Positions 9,047 through 20,327 of a DNA stretch of 32,100 nt are shown in pieces. A program made the translations under genes and the position numbers. The notes under the pieces are model-generated. The model had not been told where the DNA came from, searched no databases, and saw only the letters and a list, made by a program, of their open reading frames with translations. Origin of the DNA: Gemmatimonadota bacterium (GTDB taxonomy: Bacteria > Gemmatimonadota > Gemmatimonadetes > Gemmatimonadales > GWC2-71-9); the NCBI GenBank assembly GCA_003221825.1, contig QHUE01000164.1, forward strand, positions 1 to 32,100, written 5' to 3'. Within the stretch, counting starts at the first letter, position 1. Each line of letters begins with the position of its first letter.

Positions 9047-10795
9047 ATGCGAGCCCTTCGCGCCACGTTCCCCGCGCTCCTCGTCATCGCGACGGGGTGC
9101 GCGACCTCCCGAGTCTCCCCCGCATCTCCGCAGTCCGCCGACCCGCTCCACATCACCATCGTCTATCCCGACACCGCCGAGCCGATTCAGGCGCAGGATT
9201 CGTCCTTCCTGTTCGGCAGTGTGGGCGGAGGACGAGGCGATGTCGCGTTGGCGATCAACGGATTCCCCGTGCGCGTATCTCCCACCGGCACGTGGCTCGC
9301 CTGGTTGCCGCTGCCGAGCGACTCCCTGGCGCACTTCCAGATCGTGGCGCGGGCCGGTGCGAGCGGCGAGCAGCGCGAGACCACGTTCGTAGCACGCATC
9401 GCGCAGCCGTACCGGCCTCCGCCCGGTGCCGCGGCTTGGATCGATACGACCAGCTTTACGCCCACCGACACGATTGCCTTTCCCGCAGGGGAGGGCGTTC
9501 GTCTGTCGGTTCGTGCGACCCCGGGTGCGCGCGTGCGACTGCGGATGGAAGGGAAGGGGACCGAGGTTTGGTTCGTGCCGGATACGCTGCCGGAAGAACC
9601 GGCGTGGGGTGTGCGCGCGTTCGGCACCGACACGACGGCGTATCGCCTCCCGCCCGCGGTCGATCGCTACGTCGCTTGGCTGCCCGCCGCGCCGCTGTGT
9701 GACGCGATCGTCGAGGCGATCGTCGGCAGCGACACAGCGCGCGCCGTCTGGCCGCTGGTTCTGGACACATTGGATCGGGCGCATCCCATCGTCGTCGTGC
9801 TGAACGACGACACGGCGCATACGGGGAAGAGCGACAGTCTGACGGTGGGGAAGGCCGTCCCGTACGGCACGTACAATTGGTTCTTCCCGCTGGGCACGAC
9901 GTCCGTCGCGTCTGCGCGCTGGGGCAGCCAGACCCGGCTGCAGCTGTCGCGCGGCGCGGTGGCCTGGGTCAACACCGCGGACGTCGTGCCGCTCTCACCG
10001 GCGACGCCGCCGCCCGGAGGAATCGTCGGCTCGGTGCGGCTCACCGCGGGCGCGCGCTCCCTCGTGCTGCGCGTGCCGCTGCCCGCTCGCGTGCCGTTTC
10101 GAGTCGAGGAAGAGGAACGGAGCCTCACCCTGCGGCTGTATGGCGTCGCCTCCGATGTGAATTGGATGCAGCACGGCGGCACTGATGCGTACGTGACGCG
10201 GATGAGCTATGCCCAGCCGGCGGCCGATGAGTTGACGATCATGCTGTCGCTCGCCGGCCGTGTGTGGGGCTACAGCACGCGCTGGAGCGGGCGCGACCTG
10301 CTGCTCGAGATTCGCCGGCCACCGGTGATCGACCCGCGGCGGCCGCTCGCCGGCCGGACGATCGTGCTCGACCCCGGCCATCCGCCGGTCGGCGCCAAGG
10401 GACCATCGGGTCTCTGGGAGCCGGTCGCGACGCTCGCCGTCGCCAAGCAGGCCAAGACTCTGCTCGAGCGCGCGGGGGCAACGGTGCTGCTGACGCGGAC
10501 CGACTCGCTGCCGGTGGACCTGTTCCCGCGCACGCGCTTTGCCGAGGAGCATGACGCGGATGTCCTCGTCTCGATTCACGCGAACGCGCTCCCCGATGGC
10601 GTGAATCCCTTCGTCAACAACGGCACCAGCGTCTACTACTTCCACCCGCGGAGTGCCGCGCTCGCGCGGGCGCTCGATCGCGCCCTCGTCGCGGAACTGG
10701 GGACTAGGGATTTGGGAATGGGGCGAGGGGATTATGCACTGGTGCGAAACGCGTGGATGCCCTCCGCACTCACGGACGGGTTGTGCATGATGATT
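9047..10795 (+). CDS. N-acetylmuramoyl-L-alanine amidase (Amidase_3), probable lipoprotein; C-terminal helix missing and joined in frame to next gene
   Basis: ATG 9047; lipobox-like IATGC; IVLDPGH, WE, SIHANA, MPSALT. Confidence 0.85.
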
Positions 10796-13486
10796 TGGCG
10801 CACGCTCCACACCGAGCACTTCCGCATCCACTTCCGTCCAGCGCTGCGCGCGCGCGCAAGCGCTGCTGCCGCCGAAGCGGAGCGCGCCTATCGCCTCCTG
10901 TCCACCGAGTTGCATCCGCCGCGCGGCATCATCGACGTGACGCTGTCGGACGATGTGGACACGCCCAACGGGTTCACGTCGATCTATCCGTCCAACCGCT
11001 TCACAATTCTGCTCGTCCCGCCGGTCACCGATCCCGCGCTCCAGACCTACGACAGCTGGGAACGGCTCGTGATCGTGCACGAGCTGACGCACGTCTTTCA
11101 TCTCGATCGCTCGCGCGGCGTGTGGAAGACGTTGCAATCAGTGTTCGGGCGCGCGCCGGGACTCTTCCCCAATCAGTATCAACCCAGCTGGGTGATCGAA
11201 GGATTGGCGACCTACTACGAGTCACGGTTTACGGCCGGTGGACGCGCCGAGGGCAGCTATCATCGCGAAGCCGTAGCCGCCGACGCAGCCTTCGGCCGCG
11301 CGCGCTCGCCGTGGGACGCGTTGCTCTTCTCGCGGTGGCCGGATGGCCTGGCGCCATACGCCTACGGCAGCCGGTTCTGGGAGTACCTGTCCCGCAGCGC
11401 CGGCGACTCCGTCGTGCCCCGCTTCGCGGAAGCGACCGCGGGGCAGCTCATTCCGTTCCGGGTGGGGCGCCCGTTGCGGCACGCCGGCGCGCCCGACGCG
11501 CTGACCGACGGCTGGACGCGTGCCATCGCCGAGGTTGCACTCGGCCAACCGGCGACGCGGAGCCAGCTCCTAGCCGGCTGGCTGCGCACCGAGCCGGTGC
11601 CACGCATGTCGCCCCCCCCCGATGGCCGCCGCCTGGCCTACGTCTCCGACGACTGGCGCGGCGCGCGCCGGCTGCGCGTCGTCGATCCGCAGACAGGCGC
11701 CGTGCTGCGCTCCCATCGCGTCACCGGGCAGGTGAGCTACGACTGGGTTGGCGACACGCTGATCGTCGCGCAGCTCGAGTACAGCGGCCGCTGGACGATC
11801 CGCAGCGATTTGTGGCGCTGGGCTCCGAATGGCGCGTGGACGCGCATGACGACTGACGCGCGCCTCATGGAGCCGCGCGCGGGCGGTGGCGTGTTCGCCG
11901 CCTTGCGCCTCGCCGGCGGCGGCGACACCCCGACGATTCCTATCACTCCGTCAGACGCGACGTGGGGACCGACGGTGCCTTCCGCGGACGGGCGCTGGAT
12001 CGTCGCGGCACGCAATCAGAACGGGCGCTGGGAGCTCGTGCGCTGGCGGGCCGGCGCGCCGGAAACCGTCGCGGTGCTGGCGCAAGCATCGGGTGGAAGC
12101 GCGATCGCCGATCCGGTCTGGACGCCGGACGGCGTGCTATTCGTGACCGATGCCGGAGGCTTTCCGCAGATTCATCGCTGGCGGGAAAGCGACGGCGTCA
12201 CGCAGGTGACGGCCGAGCCGCGCGGAGCGCGCGCACCCGCGCTGCTGCCCGACGGCCGGATCGCGTTTGCGACGCTCGGCAACGATGGCTGGGAGCTCCG
12301 TGCGGTCGCCCCGGTCGCTGCGGCACCGCGGCCCGTGACGCTGCCCGCGCCGCTGCCGTTCGACTCCGCGCCACCGGTCGCGATGCGGGAGACGGGCTAC
12401 GCATCGTGGGGCTCGCTCCGCCCGCATTTCTGGGTTCCCCTGGGCGTGAACGCCGGCGAGGCGGGCCGGTTCTTCGGGGCGGCAACCGCGGGGGCCGACG
12501 CGCTGGGACGCTACATCTATCTCGCGGATGCGATGGTCTCGGCCTCGCCCGCCCGTGCGCAGGGCTCCTTCTTCCTTCTTAGTCAGGCGTTGGGCGACCC
12601 GACCCTCGACTTCTCGATCTCCAACGACTGGTCCCTGGTCGGGATCGATAGCACCGGGCACGTGGTGTCGTCGGAGCGCCGCGAAGCGGCCCTGGGCGCC
12701 ACGCTGCTCGCTCACCGCTGGCGCCGCTTCGTGTCATTGCGCCTCGCCGCCGAATATGAAGGAAGGCGATACGTCTCCGTTCCCGATACCAACCTGGCCG
12801 CCATCTGCACGGGCTGCGTCACGCGCGACCGCGTCGGCGGATCGGCGAGCCTCACGTTCGGCTCTGCCGTCGGGGCCCCGCTCACCGTGTCCCTGCAGGA
12901 CGGCGCGACCGCGGCGCTCTTCTATCGTCGCAAGGAAGAGCAGGGCACCGCGCGCTGGCTCAACGAAGTGCGCGCGCGCGGTAACGTCTACGTGCGTGTG
13001 GGCCCGCGCCTCGGATTCGCGTACCCGGTGCTCGCGATACGTGGCGCGATCGGCGCCCTCGATGGACCCATCACCGACCGCTTTTCCGTGGGCGGTGTGT
13101 CATCCGGCACGTTGCTCTTCGGATTCGGGCAGGAGGTCGGGACCCACCGCACGTTCCCGGTGCGCGGCTATGCGGCGGGCGTGCTGCACGGGCGCCGCGC
13201 CGCGACGCTCACGGCCGAGTACCGCATGCCGCTCGCGCTGTGGGGACGATCGCTCGGCCATCTGCCGCTTGGCGCCGACAAACTCGCGTTCGCCGTCTTC
13301 GGCGATGTCGGTGACGCCTGGGACGAGGGCGAGGCCGCTCGGTTGCACCGGCTGCACTCGTTCGGGGCCGAGCTGATCGGCGACATGACCGTCAGCTACG
13401 ATCTGCCGTTGCGTGTCCGGCTGGGTGTCGCGCAGCCGGCCACCGGTCATCCACAGGTTTACGCCGCGTTCGCCGCCGATTTTTGA
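10796..13486 (+). CDS. Outer-membrane protein: HExxH metallopeptidase-like domain + TolB/PD40 propeller + Omp85-like beta-barrel (N-terminal signal missing)
   Basis: WRTLHTEHFRIHF; HELTH...WVIEGLATYYES; repeats PDGR, SADGRW, WTPDG; VRGY barrel-loop motif; amphipathic terminal strand ending in Phe. Confidence 0.75.
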   Translation, partial: WRTLHTEHFRIHFRPALRARASAAAAEAERAYRLLSTELHPPRGIIDVTLSDDVDTPNGFTSIYPSNRFTILLVPPVTDPALQTYDSWERLVIVHELTHVFHLDRSRGVWKTLQSVFGRAPGLFPNQYQPSWVIEGLATYYESRFTAGGRAEGSYHREAVAADAAFGRARSPWDALLFSRWPDGLAPYAYGSRFWEYLSRSAGDSVVPRFAEATAGQLIPFRVGRPLRHAGAPDALTDGWTRAIAEVALGQPATRSQLLAGWLRTEPVPRMSPPPDGRRLAYVSDDWRGARRLRVVDPQTGAVLRSHRVTGQVSYDWVGDTLIVAQLEYSGRWTIRSDLWRWAPNGAWTRMTTDARLMEPRAGGGVFAALRLAGGGDTPTIPITPSDATWGPTVPSADGRWIVAARNQNGRWELVRWRAGAPETVAVLAQASGGSAIADPVWTPDGVLFVTDAGGFPQIHRWRESDGVTQVTAEPRGARAPALLPDGRIAFATLGNDGWELRAVAPVAAAPRPVTLPAPLPFDSAPPVAMRETGYASWGSLRPHFWVPLGVNAGEAGRFFGAATAGADALGRYIYLADAMVSASPARAQGSFFLLSQALGDPTLDFSISNDWSLVGIDSTGHVVSSERREAALGATLLAHRWRRFVSLRLAAEYEGRRYVSVPDTNLAAICTGCVTRDRVGGSASLTFGSAVGAPLTVSLQDGATAALFYRRKEEQGTARWLNEVRARGNVYVRVGPRLGFAYPVLAIRGAIGALDGPITDRFSVGGVSSGTLLFGFGQEVGTHRTFPVRGYAAGVLHGRRAATLTAEYRMPLALWGRSLGHLPLGADKLAFAVFGDVGDAWDEGEAARLHRLHSFGAELIGDMTVSYDLPLRVRLGVAQPATGHPQVYAAFAADF

Positions 13487-13493
13487 CGTTCTG

Positions 13494-13522
13494 TTGACCC
13501 GTCTCCGGGCGAACCCTAAGTT
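13494..13522 (+). promoter_or_regulatory. Sigma70-type promoter for the kinase-TonB gene
   Basis: TTGACC-17 bp-TAAGTT, then GGAG ahead of TTG 13547. Confidence 0.55.
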
Positions 13523-13546
13523 AGCCCGGTCCCCTCGGAGATCGGA

Positions 13547-15400
<1,854 letters not shown>

Positions 15401-15960
15401 TCCATACGCCTAAAATCGATCCGACCGCCTTCATCGCGCCGAGTGCGGTGGTGCTTGGCGACGTGACGCTGGGACCACGGTCCAGCGTCTGGTATCAGGC
15501 CGTGCTCCGCGGCGACATGGCCCCCATCGTCATCGGCGAGGCCACCAACATCCAGGATGCGACCATCGTGCATGTGGATGAGGGGAAGCCGGCCCTCATC
15601 GGTGCCCGGGTGGGCGTGGGCCACCGCGTCATCCTGCACGCCTGCGCGGTGGAGGACGATTGCCTCATCGGAATGGGGTCCATTCTTCTTAATGACGTGC
15701 ATGTGGGCACAGGCAGCGTCATCGCCGCCGGGGCGGTCGTGCCGGAAGGGATGCGCGTGCCGCCGGGTTCGCTCGTCATGGGCGTACCTGCCCGTGTCGT
15801 GCGTCACGTCGATGATGGTCTCCGCGCGCGAATCCTTGGCACGTGGGAGCATTACGTCGCGGAGGCGGAGCGGCACCGTCGAGGCAAGTTCCCGATCGAG
15901 CGAGCAAGTTTGTGATGTTGATACTCGGGGTGCGAGACGCGACGACACGAGTCTTCAGTC

Positions 15961-15989
15961 TTGCCCCGCTCCAGTCATGCACCTACCTT
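15961..15989 (+). promoter_or_regulatory. Putative sigma70 promoter of nrdJ
   Basis: TTGCCC-17 bp-TACCTT. Confidence 0.4.
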
Positions 15990-16045
15990 GGGCCTCCACG
16001 TTCCGTTAAATTCCTCAATTCCACTCGATTCGCCGTGAGACTCGC

Positions 16046-18309
16046 ATGACCGCATCTGAAGACCGTCATAGTCTGGACCTGAACGCCAATGCCCTGACCG
16101 TCCTCGAGCGCCGCTACCTCGTGAAGGACGACGTGGGCAAGCCGGTCGAGCGCCCTCAGGACCTGTTCTGGCGGGTGGCGCGGACGATCGCTGCCCCCGA
16201 TCGGACCTATGGCGCCTCGGATCGGGCTGTAGAAAGCCTGGCCGAGACGTTCTTCGAGCTCATGGCGACGCGGGTGTGGATGCCCAACTCTCCCACCCTG
16301 ATGAATGCCGGCCGCCCCCTCGGCCAGCTGTCGGCGTGCTTCGTGCTTCCGGTGGAGGACGCTCTGTCCAACGGCCGCTCAGGGATCTACGACACCCTGC
16401 GGGCGATGGCGCTGGTGCATCAGTCGGGCGGTGGGACCGGCTTCTCCTTCTCGCGCTTGCGCCCCAAGAACGACGTCGTGCGCTCGACGATGGGGGTCGC
16501 GTCCGGGCCGGTGTCGTTCATGAAGCTCTACGACGCTTCGACCGACGTCGTGAAGCAGGGCGGCACGCGGCGTGGCGCCAACATGGGCATCCTGCGTGTG
16601 GATCATCCCGATATCATGGACTTCATCCACTGCAAGGATGACCTCACGCAGGTCACGAATTTCAACATTTCCGTGGCGGTCACCGACGCCTTCATGCAGG
16701 CGCTCGAGGCGGGCGCATCGTACGATTTGATCCACCCGCGCACCGGCAAGGTCGTCGGGCAGCTCGATGCGCGCGACGTCTTCAAGCAGATCGTGCACGG
16801 TGCCTGGAAAACGGGCGAGCCGGGCGTGTTCTACATCGATCGCGCGAACCGCTACAACCCGGTGCCGCACCTCGGCAGTTACGAGGCGACGAATCCGTGC
16901 GGCGAGCAGCCGCTGCTCCCCTACGACGTCTGCAACCTCGGTTCGATCAACGTCGGCCTGTTCGCCAAGAACGGCGACGTGGATTGGGACGGCCTGCGCA
17001 CCGCGGTACATCTCTGTACCCACTTCCTCGACAACGTCATCGACGCGAACAAGTACCCGCTCGCCGAGATCGACGACCTCGCCAAGCGGATCCGCCGGAT
17101 CGGCCTCGGCATCATGGGGTGGGCCGACCTGCTCGTGCACCTCGGGATCGGATACAACTCCGACGCCGGCGTCGCCCTCGGTCGCAAGCTGATGGAGTTC
17201 ATCGACGAAGAGTCGAAGGTCGCCTCCGAGAAGCTGGCCGGGCGGCGCGGCACGTTCGCCGAGTGGGAGCGGTCGATCTGGGGACCGGACGCCACCTGCG
17301 CGCGCAACGCCAAGGGCGAGCGCGTCCGTCCGATGCGCCGCTTGCGCAATTGCAACCTCACCACGGTTGCGCCCACGGGCACCATTTCAATCATCGCCGG
17401 CTGCTCGTCGGGGATCGAGCCGCTGTTCGCCGTCGCGTTCATGCGCAATCAGGCCGGTGTGCTCATGCCCGACGTCAATGAAGACTTCGTGGCAATTGCG
17501 AAGCGCGAGGGGTGGTACTCCGAAGACCTGATGAAGCAGATCGCGGAGGCGGGCCACATTCATTTCGACGCTGTGCCGGAGCAGTGGCAGCACGTCTTCG
17601 TGACCGCGCACGACGTGACACCCGAGTGGCACATCCAGATGCAGGCGGCCTTCCAGGACTTCACCGATTCGGCGATCTCCAAGACCTGCAACTTCGCGAA
17701 CGACGCGACCGAGGCGGACGTCGAGCAGATCTACCGTTACGCCTACGAGCTGCGCTGCAAGGGCGTGACGGTGTACCGCGACGGCGCGCGCGAGAACCAG
17801 GTGCTCTCCACCGGCTCGACCGCAAAGAAGGTCCAGGAAGGGGCCGTAGGAGCAGGGAAGGACGCCCTCGCCGAGGCGCTCAGCCGCATCGCCGAGCTGG
17901 ACACCGAGCTGCAGCGCACGCGTGACCGGCTGCACGATGTCGAGGCGGAGAACCTGCAGCGCCGCGCCAAGCGCTCGCGCCCCGACCTCCTCAAGGGATC
18001 GACGCGCCGCATCGAGTCACCCCTCGGCACGATGTACGTGACCATCACCGAGGACATGCGATCGGGATCGCGATCGAGAAATGGATGCAGGACAAGCAGG
18101 GGGTCCAGCAGGACCTGCTGGACAGCACGCGGACGGCGGCCCCGACTCCCACGGAGGTCGTACGGGGGGGTGCGGGGGACGCGGCCCTGCGTGCGGCGCG
18201 CGGACCGGAGCAGGACTTCATCGGCGCCTGCCCCGACTGTGGCTCCCAACTGGCGTTTATCGAGGGATGTGCTAAATGTCACGTCTGCGGGTTTTCGGAG
18301 TGCGGTTGA
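16046..18309 (+). CDS. nrdJ: Vitamin B12-dependent class II ribonucleotide reductase; deletion/frameshift at ~18056 in the C-terminal (TSCPD-like) domain
   Basis: PNSPTLMNAG, LSACFV, GGTRRGANM, TNPCGEQ, CNLGSIN, APTGTIS, AISKTCN. The tail AIGIAIEKWM...CPDCG..EGCAKCHVCGFSECG is in another frame, ending at 18309. Confidence 0.92.
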
Positions 18310-18380
18310 ACCGGCCGCCGACCGCATGCCCTGTGACTCCAGTCACGACGGCCACTTGCGCAGGTAGGTAGTCTACAGGC

Positions 18381-18770
18381 ATGGAACGTGCCGACCGGAT
18401 GGTCACACCCACTCGCCTTCAGGTGAAAGGTTGGGCGCGCGTCGGTCCCGCCGGCGCGCATACGCTGCGGCGCGGTGCCTGGTATCCCGTGGTCCGCATC
18501 TCCTCGAGCAACATCGTCGTCCTCGACGTCAATCGGCACAACGTGCCGGTCGATCGTCGCTTCCTCGAGATTCGTTATCATCCGCCGGAACGGTGGACGA
18601 TCGTGCGCTGTGAGCCGCGCGTCATCGAGCGACTGGGACGAATTTTCCCGCTGACGTACGCCGTCTGCCCTGCATGCCGGCATCGGCAGGGCATCGAGGC
18701 GCGGACCAACGACATGACGTGCGATCGTTGCCATAAGAGCGCGGCGATGGCATGGGATGAATTGAGCTAA
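18381..18770 (+). CDS. Hypothetical protein, beta-rich N-domain + C4 Zn-finger
   Basis: LRRGAWYPV...RWTIV...YAVCPAC..CDRC..W; TAGTCT -10-like hexamer 6 nt before ATG. Confidence 0.75.
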   Translation: MERADRMVTPTRLQVKGWARVGPAGAHTLRRGAWYPVVRISSSNIVVLDVNRHNVPVDRRFLEIRYHPPERWTIVRCEPRVIERLGRIFPLTYAVCPACRHRQGIEARTNDMTCDRCHKSAAMAWDELS

Positions 18771-18828
18771 ACGAAGGCGCGGACCTGCAACGACCAGGCC
18801 ACAGACGCACCGCGGTAAACGGTCAAAC

Positions 18829-18870
18829 GTCAACGGGACAACCATGCAAGGGTTGTCCCGTTGACTTTTT
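18829..18870 (+). terminator. Intrinsic terminator between convergent genes
   Basis: Perfect 15-bp stem GTCAACGGGACAACC/GGTTGTCCCGTTGAC, 7-nt loop, then T5. Confidence 0.8.
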
Positions 18871-18897
18871 ACTGTAGCCCGCTGCTGCGTCTGTTGC

Positions 18898-19491
18898 CTA
18901 GCTTTGCATGTCCTGAAGAATTGCAACGGAGTCTCCCAAGGCCACCGTCCCTGTCCCCTCACCGACGCAGTAAAACCCTCTCATCCCATTGTCCAGAAAC
19001 TGGAGGTGCTTTTTCAGCTCCTCCGGCTCCACCTGTTTTCCCAGTGCCCATCCCGTGAACGGCCGGCACGGGTGCGCCACCTGCAGAATCTTGAGTCGCA
19101 CCCGTTCCTTCCCGTCGGGTGACAGGATGGCGACGCCGGCGGCGAGATCGTCGTAGGTGAAGCGCCGGTCGCTGGTCGCGATGATGTTTTCGCCCGCGCA
19201 GCCGATCGCCACCCGGTCCCCGAAGTGTTGGCGCATCGCTTCGTAATGCGCCGTGAAGCCGAGGGAGATGCCGTGGAGCCCGTCCTCGTTCTTGGTGACG
19301 GGGTGAGAGCGGTGGTGGACGTCCACGACCCACATGTCGGCGGAGCTCGCGCCGAGGGCGCCGTCGGGCGAGACGTGCAGCACCGGAACGGCGAGTAGCG
19401 GAGCAGGGTCGTACGTCCGTGTCGGCTTCTCGCCCGACTTCAGCGAGCCGCGTTGGATCTGCAACCGGGTGACCGTACCGATCGTGCGCAT
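18898..19491 (-). CDS. MOSC-domain-like protein
   Basis: AGENI, HPCRPF (conserved Cys), RGFY and GTVALGD, as in MOSC/YiiM barrels. Confidence 0.7.
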   Translation of the reverse strand: MRTIGTVTRLQIQRGSLKSGEKPTRTYDPAPLLAVPVLHVSPDGALGASSADMWVVDVHHRSHPVTKNEDGLHGISLGFTAHYEAMRQHFGDRVAIGCAGENIIATSDRRFTYDDLAAGVAILSPDGKERVRLKILQVAHPCRPFTGWALGKQVEPEELKKHLQFLDNGMRGFYCVGEGTGTVALGDSVAILQDMQS

Positions 19492-19529
19492 AACGGAATC
19501 TAGCAGGATGTGCTAGATTGGCCCCGCTC

Positions 19530-19745
19530 ATGGCCCTCCCTTCCACCCCCGATCAGTGGAGCATCGTCACTCGTACCGGCCTGCTCCGCCCCACCCTGGG
19601 CGGCAGGGAAGGGGAGGAGGTCACCACCACCTACGCCGTCTGTCCGCACTGCCAGGAGCGGCAGGATTTCAGCGGCAAGCCCGACATGCTGAAGTGCCTC
19701 CGCTGCAAGAAAGAATCGAAGGTCGACTGGTCGGAAACCTGCTGA
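19530..19745 (+). CDS. Small C4 Zn-finger protein, paralog of the C-terminal half of 18381-18770
   Basis: PDQWSIV...TYAVCPHCQERQ..LKCLRCKK..VDW. Confidence 0.75.
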   Translation: MALPSTPDQWSIVTRTGLLRPTLGGREGEEVTTTYAVCPHCQERQDFSGKPDMLKCLRCKKESKVDWSETC

Positions 19746-19756
19746 ACACGCCCCTC

Positions 19757-19806
19757 TTGCGCAGCTGAAATCTGCTTAGTATGTTAACTATCAACATGTT
19801 AACTAT
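19757..19806 (+). promoter_or_regulatory. marR promoter with probable auto-operator
   Basis: TTGCGC-17 bp-TATGTT; direct repeat ATGTTAACTAT at 19781-19791 and 19796-19806; inverted ATGTT/AACAT 19781-19797. Confidence 0.6.
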
Positions 19807-20222
19807 ATGCCCGATCGCCCCGAACTGGCCCTGCAGCTGACCGACGCGGTCGCAGCCGCGTACCAGGCGATCGAGCGGGCCGGGAATCGCGCCTACAAGA
19901 GCTTCGGGCTGTCGCAGCGCGCCCACGCCGCCATGCAGGCGGTCGATCTCGGCGGGCCCGACGGCGCGCGGCCCAGCGACGTCGCGAGCGAGCTGGGCGT
20001 GTCGCGCGCCGCCGCGACGACGTTCAGCAGCACCTCGAGGCCGTGGCGGGTCAGGGTGAACCGCACGGCCTCGAGGTGCTGCTGCGCGTCGGGCAGCTCG
20101 AGCGGCGCCTCGCGGCCCGCACCATCGAGGGCATGCCGGCGTCGGCCATGGCGCGCACGATCCATGTCCTGCAGGAGCTCAAGGCGAGGTTGGAGCAGAA
20201 GTCGCTCGAGGTCGTGCGCTGA
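19807..20222 (+). pseudogene. MarR-family regulator disrupted by a deletion + inverted duplication (likely artefact)
   Basis: HTH RPSDVASELGVSRAAATT; wing segment VRFTLTRHG sits on the minus strand; C-terminal helices HGLEVLLRVGQLERR..KSLEVVR* resume on the plus strand. Confidence 0.75.
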
Positions 20223-20327
20223 GCCGGTATACGGATGTGCGAATCTTTATGCAGTCGGCGGTGCCGGTGCGGCGCCGATTCGTTCCAACGTGGCTAGTTT
20301 TCCACATCCCCCACCCCGCGTGTATTT

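Noticed and set aside
8354-13486. 1710-aa amidase-peptidase-barrel fusion ORF
   Set aside because: The first ~230 codons are antisense to the FHA gene. At 10795 the amidase lacks its last helix (and shows D where the catalytic E is expected) and the second protein lacks its signal peptide. It matches the window-wide deletion pattern, so these are two genes joined by a probable artefact.
15916-16045. Cobalamin riboswitch or NrdR boxes upstream of nrdJ
   Set aside because: Only 130 bp, with no B12-box and no recognisable NrdR palindrome by eye.
18040-18309. Naturally split nrdJa/nrdJb or intein
   Set aside because: The break is mid-domain with sequence missing, there is no proper start/SD for a second subunit, and no intein motifs are seen.
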